Part shown: in pieces, positions 51,925 through 62,433 of the stretch
How positions within the stretch are numbered: the first letter of the stretch is position 1
How the letters are laid out: each line of letters opens with the position of its first letter
Source of the DNA: Macrostomum hystrix
Lineage: Eukaryota; Animalia; Platyhelminthes
Reading direction: 5' to 3'
Assembly (NCBI GenBank): GCA_950097015.1
Contig: CATNEN010000038.1
Coordinates: forward strand, 18,848,001-18,912,000
Length of the DNA: 64,000 nt
The notes under the pieces: generated by a model
The model's database searches: none
Told to the model about the DNA's origin: nothing
What the model saw: the letters and a program-made list of their open reading frames with translations, nothing else
Made by a program: the position numbers and the translations under genes

Positions 51925-52792
51925 TCAAGCTCGACTGTCGCTGCTGCGACGTCGACGACGACCTCTGAAAATTAAAAAATGGATTCCAGTCGGTTTCTGA
52001 CATAAGACAGCGGTCCTATAATGATCGATGTTTGACAAACATGGCTTTGAGATCGAGGCCGTACTGCCCGTTGCTGTCTAGGCGTGGAGCACCGACGCCG
52101 CCGCCTCCGATCTGGGCGGCCTCAGCTTCGCGAATGGACTCGAGTAGGTCGGCTATGCGATGATCCGTGCTGAGTCGCTTATGGCGGGCCAGTGGGCTGA
52201 AATGTGAGACGGTACTGAGTACCCAATGAGCAGAAATTTCTGTGGAATGGTGAGGCCGCGAAAACAATAAGTTATATGCTGTTTTGATTCCGACTAAGAA
52301 TTGCTCTAACATAGGGCTATACATTAATGAGTTGCGGGAGGGGGCTGCAGGAGGGGGTGAGTGGCAGAGCGGTCAACGCGTCTGCCTCTCGCACTAATGT
52401 CCCTGAGCTCGATTACGCGGTGAGGCCACATTTATTTGGCGGGCTTATCGTGCAAAATCACGCCCTTAAGCGCCAACCTAAAAGGCACAGTGAAAGTGTA
52501 CACTGCCTGACGATGAGAAAGTCAGGGCAGATGTACAAACCTGTGAGAGCGTATGCCTGAGTACAGTATCTGTGTGCGTGTGTGCTCAGGAGTCAGCGAA
52601 TAGGAAGAATTGCCATCCTCGCCGGTTGCAGGTCTAGTGTCACTAGACTTATTCAAAGCCTTCAATTAACATACCCATCGTGAGCCGAGCTTTTAGCCTG
52701 CTCTCCGGCGTCGTCGTACGGATCGCCGCATCTGGCACCGGCTGCCAGGAGAAGCAACAGACAGATCGCTACGCTCGTACAGTCGGTTTCAT
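51925..52792 (-). pseudogene. Neuropeptide precursor C, frameshifted in exon 1. Exons 52675-52792, 52041-52196, 51925-51964
   Basis: An 8-bp insertion after codon 5 gives MKPTVRA*; downstream exons remain open ([51 protein letters not shown]). Confidence 0.8.
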
Positions 52793-53325
52793 AGATAACG
52801 CAGGAATGCTGACAACTGTTTTTGCACCCTTCAAAATTCAGGCTCTAGGTAAAGTCTGAAACAATTTTGTCTCGCTCGCACTCACTCTCTTTATTGAAAT
52901 TGCAATAGGACAAATCCGTCCGCCCTCGGTATTCTATGGTAAAAAACCGTCTATTTATATGCATTCAAATAGGACTTTCTTTTTGAAGCCGTTCTTTCAT
53001 GCTTTTCAATGGGACAAAGCCGTTCTTTAATGTAAGGATCATCGTAGTGCCCGAGGTCATAGACATTGATGTCCGAAATAGCCGGTATATATTTTCATTG
53101 AGCAACGCTGTGATTCCCACCGGTTCTGTTTTGCACCATAGACATTCCACAGGGGGTTTAATGTCGTCCATAAAACCCTGCGGTATTTAATGGCGGGAAT
53201 CCCAGCGTTGCTCAGTAAAGATACAAACTTAACGTTTGAAATACAAGGATTCCCTGCGCGAATTCCCCATCTATAGACATGTTTAACTATGTTCATTAAA
53301 ACCCTTGCTCAGCGTTGTTCAATGG

Positions 53326-55180
53326 TAGATTAAGTCTATGGTTTCAGACTTGGATAATGATCACAGTCACGAGTGTGCGAAGCCACGAGTGATTGCTGAT
53401 GATTATTTACTTGTAATTATGAAGCCATTGACATAAGCGCATTATCATATAGACTAGCGTTTTCGGTTGATCATTATGTACTCGTAACGCCATTAAGCCA
53501 CGCCATTAAGTAACGCTGCAGCGTCTTCGAGCCATAGATATTGGCTCGGCAGTGAGCAGGGTCAAGGGTCTAATCGGACCATAGACAATTTTTTTTAATA
53601 CAGTTCTCTAAAAGAAAAGCTCGACCATGAAGTCTGTTAGGAAGTTAAGAACTAGAAGCAAGAAGCGAGAGAAATCGAATTAAAAGTGCCTCTTATCAAC
53701 TGGAAAAATCTACCGGTCGACAGTTTAGATGGCGTCTCGTCTACTGAACTAGATTTTCTGAGTGAACTGAGCGCCGTGAACCACAGTTCCGATGAAATTC
53801 TTGGAGATTTTATCGACTACCTGTCTAAAATCGAGACGGCTGATGAGGCCGCTGCGGTTTCTAGTGTCGAGCTTCCAGAACTATCTGATTTACCCAGTGC
53901 GATGGATGTTGTCGAACTGGAATCACTGCCGAGCACTACACGAGAACACATGTTTCTGTATGGCAAAATGTTCGTGGAGTTTTAGAAGAACCATGGTGCT
54001 GTGGATGTGAGCGTGATCAGTGACAGTCGCTTGGCCGAATTTCTAAGGTTCTTTTACTTCCGTCTAAAAAGATCTGACGGCAGTTGCTATTCGCCAGCTA
54101 CGTTGGTCTGCATTCGTGCTGGAGTGCAGAGGTACTTGACTCTCGCGCTGAAGCGTCGAACAAATATTGTTTCCAGTGACGAGTTCGCCACTGCCAACCG
54201 GATGCACTGTCAATCAGCACGAGCCAATAGAAGAAGGTGATTTACAGAAAACGGGTGCTTATTTTGACCGTTCTACAGCTGAACGGTTGCAAGATGAAGT
54301 ACTATTTACGCTGCTGTATGTCCTGGGCGAGAGAGGTCAAGAACACCTGTCAAGTCTAAGGCAAGTTGGCACGCTCCAAGAAGAAGTCGACGCTGATGAG
54401 AATCCATATCTTGCGTTGCCGCCGTTAAAGACAAAAAACCAGAGTAGCGATCCAACAAAATGCAAGGGAAATCAGAGCAAACAGAGTCGGATCTACGGCG
54501 CTCAGCGGGAGTTGATCCTGCATTATCAGAGTTTGATTAACAATTCGGGAGGACAAATTCGCTTCTCTGATACGCAAGTGCGCAGTTTCAATTGGTTGGC
54601 TGCATTCATGAAGCACGTGAGTAGTGGGTGCAACCTCTCCAAGCAGTATACGAATCACTGCATACGCGTCTCGCGTATTGCGGATCTTTTCGACAAAGGA
54701 ATGCCTATGGGTGAGATAATGGCGGTAACGGGACAACAATCTGAGTCCACTGTTCGACGTTATCTCACACGCAAGCGTGACAGAACCCTCAGGAAGGTTG
54801 CTACCGCTGTTAGTGACAATTTGGCCCCAACAACCAAGGCGACTATACGAGTGCAACCACTAGTGCAACAGTCATGCAGCAAGCTCAAGTTGACATGCGA
54901 AGTGTGCAACAGCCGATGTTTGCCAACTGCCTCTTCGATGGGTGCACGTTCAACTTCTAACAAAGAATATATAGCTCGTACTTATAAGTCTTAAATGTCG
55001 AAAATTAAATACTTTGGTATTCGTTTGCTTTGCTATATCCTCGATCTGTTTCCTGTTAAAGTTCTTGTTGCTTAAATTAATAAAAACAGTGAATTTCTCG
55101 CTCATAATCTTTGCCAATTTATCGTGACTTAACAGCTTCATTAAAAAATGCATTAAAAACGATAGTCTATATGATAATGC
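53326..55180 (+). mobile_element. Crypton-like tyrosine recombinase DNA element (degraded)
   Basis: Flanked by the 10-bp direct repeat tgttcaatgg (53316-25, 55181-90); internal inverted copies of both ends; YR ORF inside. Confidence 0.72.
53686..54994 (+). pseudogene. DUF3504/Crypton-type tyrosine recombinase with an in-frame stop (53983) and a frameshift (about 54200)
   Basis: LAEFLRFFYFRLKRSDGSCYSPATLVCIRAGVQRYL (DUF3504-like N-terminal part); LGERGQE (R), KTKNQ (K), YTNHCIR (HxxR), TGQQS (conserved H replaced by Q), VRRY (Y). Confidence 0.85.
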
Positions 55181-55789
55181 TGTTCAATGGGACAGAGCCG
55201 TTCTTTAATGCTTCTCAATGCAAAAAACATTTACTACTATCAGTAATTACTATTGACTGACTGACTGACTCACTAGTGACTAAACGACTTACTTGATACA
55301 TTTGGATTAAGCAATTGATAATCCAGTGTGCATTTTTTACTCTAACTGACTGGCTGCATGGCTGCATCGATGACGGCGGCACGAAATGTCAAATACTATT
55401 TATTATTGCATCGCCTAAATTAGATGAGCTGTTAATTCGAAACTCATTGTTTTGTTTTTTGGGATGCCTTATGTTATTATAGTTACAAGTTAAGTACTAT
55501 TGGGACTCATCATATTACTCAGCGTGATCACCGAATACCCAGGCGAGGTCGCTGCCATCCAGGCGACACCTGGTGTATCGATTGTGGCGATGCAAGAAGG
55601 CGCCGACTATGTATTGCAGGGCCCGCCAACGCAGCAGCGTGTACGGGACCTGCTGGCAGCTCAAAATATCGAGCTGCAAGTCGGGCGCATTAAGTGGTGG
55701 CGGATGGCAGGTCGGGAATCAGGATATGCCAGCGCGGCATCAGCCTCAGATTCGTCTGATTCGGATTAGATGATTAGATCCCGAAAACT

Positions 55790-55953
55790 CTAAATTCCCT
55801 AATTATAAATCCCTGCTTCAAAATCCCTAATTCCTCATCTCTAATCCCTAATTCCTAATCCCTAATCCCTAATCTCTAATCCATAATCCCTAACCCCAAA
55901 GCTCTAATCCCTAATCCCTAATCCCTAATCTCTAATCCATAATCCCTAATCCC
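55790..55953. repeat. Degenerate (CCCTAAT)n telomere-like microsatellite
   Basis: ccctaat heptamer and variants. Confidence 0.85.
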
Positions 55954-56884
55954 GTGGATACTCCGAAATTATCTTCATTATCCACATTATCTACGATCGT
56001 ATAGTATCTTTTATTATCGCATTATTGGCCGTGCCAATATAGTGACTGCGACTATAGATTATTTTGTAGTCCAACCTTGCTACTCTCTTTCGTCGTAGTA
56101 CAAGTAGTATGGTAATCAATTTTTTGGTGTGCGTACTCAAAAAAGGTGATGATTTTTCTAGGAAAACAATTTCGAGAAAAAAATTATCGTCGGTAATGAC
56201 GCAGTTTTTTCCATATAGATTTTTTTGCTTTATTGCTTTGGCGCAATTTTATTTGACCAGATTATATTTTTATTGCTTTAATGCTGAAATCGAAATTGTG
56301 CGCAAATTTTTTAAGCTTATACGTTTGCCAGGCAGGGCGCCAGTGACAAAGTACAATTTAGCGCTCATTCCAATAAAATTCTGGATATGAATGAAAAGAG
56401 ATTGCCAGCACAAATTTTTATGTAGATTGGCTGCTATACTCAAAGAAACAATTAATCGACACTTCGGAGCTTATCTACCTAACTCCGCCCACCATCCCAC
56501 TCCGCCAAAAACCACACTCGACCAACAACCTCACTCCGCTATCCACCTCACTCTGCCAACTATCGCACTCCACTCCGGGTGCACACCACCCCACTCCGCA
56601 AACTAACCCACTCCGCCACTCACTCCGACACCACCCTCCCCAACCACCTCGCTCCACCAATCACTAGGCTTGCAGCCAATATCAGAGATTAATATACAAC
56701 CTTCTAACGTTTAGAGTTCAGTTCATTCGAAGGGTTCGAATAGGGTATACAGGCGCGTTGTAAGTCCGTTTTTAAAGCTCATAGAACTTTTTAGTCAGCG
56801 TCCAAGCAATTCAATCGATTTAATATCAATTGATTTCCAATCCGTCAGTCACAGCCGGCTATAAAGTCCACCACACAGCAGCTC

Positions 56885-57487
56885 TCAAGCTCGACTGCCG
56901 CTGCTGCGACGTCGACGACGACCGCTGAAAATAAAAAAGGATTCCAGTTTGTTTCCTACATCAGACATCGGTCCTGATGATCGATGCTCGACTAACCTGG
57001 CTTTAAGATCGATGCCGTACTGCCCGTCGCTGTCTAGGCGTGGAGCACCGACGCCGCCGAAGCCGCCGCCGCCTCCGATCTGGGCGGCCTCAGCTTTGCG
57101 AATGGACTCGAGTAGGTCGGCTATGCGATGATCCGAGCTGAGTCGCTTATGGGCCAGTGGGCTGAAATGTGAGACGGGACTGAGTACCCAATGAGCAGAC
57201 ATTTCTGTGGACTGGTGAGGCCGCGATAACATCGGCCCTGTGAGTTTCTCATCGTCAGGTCGGTCCATGATGGTGTAAATTAAACAAGACCCCAAAGCAC
57301 TCTCCCCACGGCTGCGCCCCGAATAAATGTGTTGCCTCGCCGCGGCTAGACTTATTCAAAGCCTTCAATTAACATACCCATCGTGAGCCGAGCTTTTGGC
57401 CTGCTCTCCGGCGTCGTCGTACGGATCGCCGCATCTGGCACCGGCAGCCAGGAGAAGCAACAGACAGATCGCTACAGTCGGTTTCAT
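56885..57487 (-). CDS. Neuropeptide precursor D. Exons 57378-57487, 56997-57161, 56885-56924
   Basis: [104 protein letters not shown]. Confidence 0.83.
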
Positions 57488-57994
57488 AGATAACGCAGGA
57501 ATGCTGACAACTGTTTTTGCACGCTTCAAAATTCAGGCTCTAGGAAAAGTCTGAAACAATTTTGAAATCCGAAAATTCCTAAGCATTATACAGCAGAAAC
57601 AAGCAGGATATTGTACTCAGCTTTACCTTCTGCCTCAGTTGAGAAGTGCCGACTGTGACCCGAGAGTTTTTTAAAGACGAAGCGGAGAAACTCAGCAAAT
57701 TTTACACTCATTTAATAAGGATTTTCACTAGCCAATCGGAAATCATTTTAACAGAAAATGTTTCTATTGAAAGGAAATTTAAATAGGTATCAATAGCTAT
57801 CAATATTATTTTCGCATTGCTTCCTGTTGATTAAGGTTTTGTCATATGTTTTTCTCTGCGTTTAAACGAACTCGCTAATGAGCATCGATAGTAGTTTCCA
57901 AGGTTTTGCCCTGGTTAATTGTCTGCATTAGCTGACAGAACCACACTCCTGAACTGATGGATTAAGACAAGAACTGCTATACGAGCTACTAACA

Positions 57995-58330
57995 TGCCTC
58001 CCTTGCCTACTCTGCCTCCTTAGTCTACTCTGCCTCCTTAGTCTACTCTGCCTCCTTAGTCTACTCTGCCTCCTTAGTCTACTCTGCCTCCTTAGTCTAC
58101 TCTGCCTCCTTAGTCTACTCTGCCTCCTTAGTCTACTCTGCCTCCTTAGTCTACTCTGCCTCCTTAGTCTACTCTACATTTCTTGTCTACTCTGCCTCCC
58201 TTGTCTACTCTACATTTCTTGTCTACTCTGCCTCCCTTGTCTACTCTACATTTCTTGTCTACTCTGCCTCCATTGTCTACTCTGCCTCCCTGTCTACTCT
58301 GCCTCCCTTGTCTAATCTGCCTTCCTTGTA
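57995..58330. repeat. 18-bp minisatellite of the same family as 43753-45718
   Basis: ctctgcctccttagtcta / ctctgcctcccttgtcta tandem copies. Confidence 0.93.
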
Positions 58331-58642
58331 TTCTCTACCTTCTTTACCTACTCAGCTTTTTTGTCTACTCTGCTGCCTTGTCTATCCAACCTGCAGTCGT
58401 TTAGTTATCCCATTAACGGAAGTGTTCACAGTTTTAGCCTAGAATCATTAGCTTAATAGACACAGGCTCAGTTCCTACTTGTAGTTATTACATTTGAAAT
58501 TCGCAACTACAGATATAATAGTTCCATAACTGAATGAGATTTTTAAAGCAAAATCCGGAGCACTTCTAGAGCAATGACTACCATTAGATTTCTGATTGAT
58601 TTCTGACTATTAAACAATACGTAAGTAGCCTTTGGCTGTAGA

Positions 58643-58950
58643 CGGGGTTGTAGCCCAGTGGTTAGAACGTCGGACTCACGACTTAAAGGTCGGGGGTTCG
58701 ATTCCCGACTCAACTCGAACAACTTGTGTCCTTTAGCAATGCACTTAATTATGCACTGCATCACTTTACCCAGCTGTTAAATGGGCACCAGCATTAGCTG
58801 GGGAAATTGAGGGTGGGTGTGGCGTCCCCTTTAGTCCATGGACTGAATAGTCGTACACAGCCTGATGTTGATAGGTCCTGTTGAGACATAATGCGTCAGT
58901 CCACCGGACAGAAGGCAGGCAAAAGGCTCTAACTATACGCTCTTGACTTA
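58643..58950 (+). mobile_element. tRNA(Val-CAC)-derived SINE family B; partial second copy at 60030-60200
   Basis: A-box tagcccagtgg, loop ctcacga, B-box ggttcgattccc, then cttgtgtcctttagcaatgcacttaa and cagctgttaaatgggcaccagc, which recurs at about 60032. Confidence 0.7.
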
Positions 58951-60417
58951 AGCAATTGCGTCACAGAAATCCTAGAGTGACAGGCTAACACAAATCCCAC
59001 TTTAATCCTTGGTCAGGATTTTAAAAAGAAAAACAATCGTAAAAGCCAAGCAAAGGGTAGATTTTGAGCAGCCAGTGTCAAGCAATTTCTGATTTCACAT
59101 TTCATTTCTTTCCTAAAATCTCGATTTATCTCTTAGCCGCTTAAACTCAACTAAATTTAAATGGACGCGCTAATTGCCACTGCAGCTGCAAAAACACAGA
59201 GAGATTAACAAATCCGCGATGCAGACAGTCGCCGTCTCGTGTTCGACCGGCTCAAATGCATGGGATTTTTTATCCTTCAAATTTATCCGACGTCATATTT
59301 TCACATAGTTAAAATAAAAGGTGAAGCATTAGTTTTTTACAGCAAAAAATGCTTTTGCTAGCACTGATTGACTATCAAGACAATACGCTCGTAATTACAA
59401 CAAGTAATATATTGCAAATGCTTAGATTTTCGCTTTACTACATATATTGCTTACATGCGTTTACGGAAAAACGCAAAAAAACAAAAAGCTGAACAAAAAA
59501 GTGCAAAAACATTGCAGCAAAAATTGCAATTAATTATGATTCTAATTACACAGTGATGTTACATGTTACTACGAGTACGTAATACTAGTGGTAGCAAAGA
59601 GACTATTAAAGGCTCATATAAGGATTATTAACATTAAAATTAGATAAACTGACTGATCGTTTTTTACTTTTTGTGCGACTAGAACCTGAAGGTACGTATT
59701 TTAAATATTTGAAGAACCCTGCAAGGTTTAAAACAGTAAAGGACTGATGAAACACTATTTTCGGTCAAATTTAGCGCTTTCCAAATCAGTTAACAGTAAA
59801 AGAAACACGCGATTTTCCGGGTATTTCAAATTCCCAACGCCTACTCACGATGGCTCCCAAACCGAATGACCGATTTTCGTAAAAGTCCACCATCTGAATC
59901 TAAATTTTCCGCCCTTTACGATGAAATAAACTTCAAAGTCGTTCGAGTTCGAGTGAAATACCCGGCCATGGTCTAAATGACTGCTAAAACACTTTTCTTC
60001 GGTAAAATTTAACGTTTTGCAAATTAGTTAAGCTGTTAAATGGGTACCAGCATCAGCTGTGGTGATTGAGGTTGGGTTTGGCGTCCCCCCAGTCCATGGA
60101 CTGGACAGCCGTACGCAGCCTTCAAATGCGCCGAGCAATAGCTGTGCTGCCTGCTTCACATGTGGCCCACTTTGGGCAGGTGTGTTTAATTATTATTATT
60201 AGTTTTAGCCAAGTTTATTCAAGTAAGCGCCTGTCTTTGGTTTTCACAGTCAACGCAATATTCGCCGCTCTGATAAATGTAATGAGATAAGAAGCTAATT
60301 ATTCAATTATGTAATTAGAGATCAGCGGATAAAAACCCGAGAGACAATAAAGATAATTAGAGACAGCGAGATAATAATCAGATAATAAGCAATCTGATTT
60401 CATTCATATAAAAGAAC

Positions 60418-61013
60418 AGCCATTTAATAAGCTGTCTATAGTTAGAATGCCCTCGGCCACACTCGGCCATCCCTCGCTTGGCTGACGGCGCCAAAGTCTG
60501 TAGTCTATGGTAAAAAACTGGCCGGCCAGATAAATGAATCTTGCTTTCCTATTGGCGGAGCCATTTATTTGGCCCGGCCCAATTGGGGGATAAGTATAAG
60601 TTATCACCCACTTGTTTGACTTATCTATGGCCGGGAACGGCTGAGGACTCGTTTATTGGCCGAGGCACAAATTTGTCAATGATTGACCACATTTGCAATA
60701 GCACAAAATTTGTATACCTATTGTATTCAGAATTTCTAGACACCAATTGAATCTAAAAGAAAATGAAAGCCTCGGCCAATAAACGAGTCCTCAGCCGTTC
60801 CCGGCCATAGATAAGTCAAACAAGTGGGTGATAATGTATTTATTCCACAGTTGAAGCCAGATAATTGTCACCGGACCAGATAAATGTTTATCTGTCCCGG
60901 CCAGATAAATTTCAACGGCCAAATAAATATATTTATCTGGTCTATGGGCCAATCCAACTGGGGAATAAATGCAGCCTCGGACATTCTAACCACAGAATGC
61001 TTATTAAATGGCT
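60418..61013. mobile_element. Palindromic non-autonomous element with nested inverted repeats
   Basis: Outer IR agccatttaataagc / gcttattaaatggct; inner 66-bp IR at 60601-60666 and 60769-60834. Confidence 0.7.
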
Positions 61014-61394
61014 ATTATCATACACTTAATGGGCTTATTCTGTGCCGTGAATCATTAGTCTATGGTCTAAAGAGACTCAGATTTGAAGCCCACTAAATGG
61101 TTTAATGGTCCGTGAATTAAACTGCGTGTATTATATACATAACCTCGTTTGACGTCAAATATAAATAATATGTAATATAGCCAACCGGTTTAACCATAGA
61201 CAGTTCTTTGGAGAGACATTTCACTCCAATGAAATAAGCAGTTAAAATATAACAGAAGAATACAATCGAAATAGTAACTTTGAGCTTTCGATTTCAACCA
61301 GCAACTATGCCCACGTTGGGAGCTTAAACATTGAATGAAAAAATCTGTGAAATTACGAAAGTTTTTCAGTCTGTCAAACAATGCTACCATTCCG

Positions 61395-61592
61395 ATAAAT
61401 CATACTACCCCTCTGTAATTCATGCTTCTCCCTCGATTTATTACACCCCTCGATAATTTATGCTACTCACTGCCACCGAGGCATAAATAAAGCATGTTAC
61501 CCCTTCGATAAGTCATGCTACCCTTTCGATAAATCATGCTACCCCTTCGATAACTTCTGCTACACTTTCGATAAGTCATGCTACCCTTTCGA
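61395..61592. repeat. Short degenerate tandem repeat of about 21 bp (catgctaccccttcgataagt)
   Basis: Tandem copies visible directly. Confidence 0.75.
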
Positions 61593-61599
61593 AAACGCA

Positions 61600-62433
61600 T
61601 TGGTCACGCAGCATCGCTATCGACTGACGCCCCACAGCTCGCAGCAAGTAGTCCATCGGGAAAGGCGCATTGCTGGCGTTTGCATAAGCCCGACGCGGAA
61701 TTTCGTGCAGCAGAACCCGCCTGTCAACAAACGGGGCACCCATCCCATTGTCAGTTTCACCATGCTAAGATCCACAGACAAAATTACGATGGATTGAGGT
61801 CTTTGGACTCCCCAGTCGATTCGCCAGCTCTCTTGTAGTCAGACACGATTTTTCCTTCACCCTTTGAATCAGTGCGATTGTTGATTGAGAGATCGGACGG
61901 CCACGATTGGCTGTGCCATCAGCAACGACTGTTCGTCCATGATTGAACTCTTCAAGCCAGCGACAGACAGCACTCTTCGAGATGGCACTCACTCCGTGGA
62001 TTTCTGTCAGCAGGCTTACGATTTCATTAACGAGATCCCCAATTTCCACTGAAAGCACACGAACTGGCGTTTATTTTTTTTTGACGAAAAGCCAAACATT
62101 AAACGATCGCACAAGGTAAAATGATAAACTCCAAACTCAACAGCGGCATCTTGTCGAGGCGTACACAATGTCCATATTCACGATGCCCCGTGCTTCTTTT
62201 AATTCTGGTGCTCACGCTTCTCTGTTTGTCAGTTTTTTTCTGCTTCTGTTTTCTGAAGCTTCTGTACCTTTTCTTGTTGCAAAATTTTAGTCTAAGGACA
62301 TATGCACTTGATTCAAAAAGCTTTAGAACTGCTGAATGTGTATTTATCAGTGACGTGAGTTTCAATAAATTTTTTTCAACTAGTTAGCCTGTGCATCGAG
62401 TTTTCCCACTATTTTTGGGGGGGACACTCCTCG
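61600..62433 (-). mobile_element. Mariner element, 5' part only, with a frameshifted transposase N-terminus
   Basis: TA|cgaggagtgtcccc end at 62433; HTH IHGVSAISKSAVCRWLEEFNHGR..GRP..LTTRELANRLG; GWVPRLLT motif near 61720-61745; catalytic domain absent. Confidence 0.8.

Noticed and set aside
55790-55953. True telomere or chromosome fusion site
   Set aside because: Short, degenerate, heptameric, in one orientation and internal.
49712-57295. ORF-track proteins MYSPMLEQ..., MGSCLIYT... and MSCGRGLQ... as real products
   Set aside because: Their N-termini are intron or SINE sequence; the spliced models give signal peptides and conserved intron phases.
58643-58715. tRNA-Val(CAC) gene
   Set aside because: The acceptor stem pairs poorly and the sequence runs into a SINE body that is repeated at 60030, so it is treated as a SINE head.
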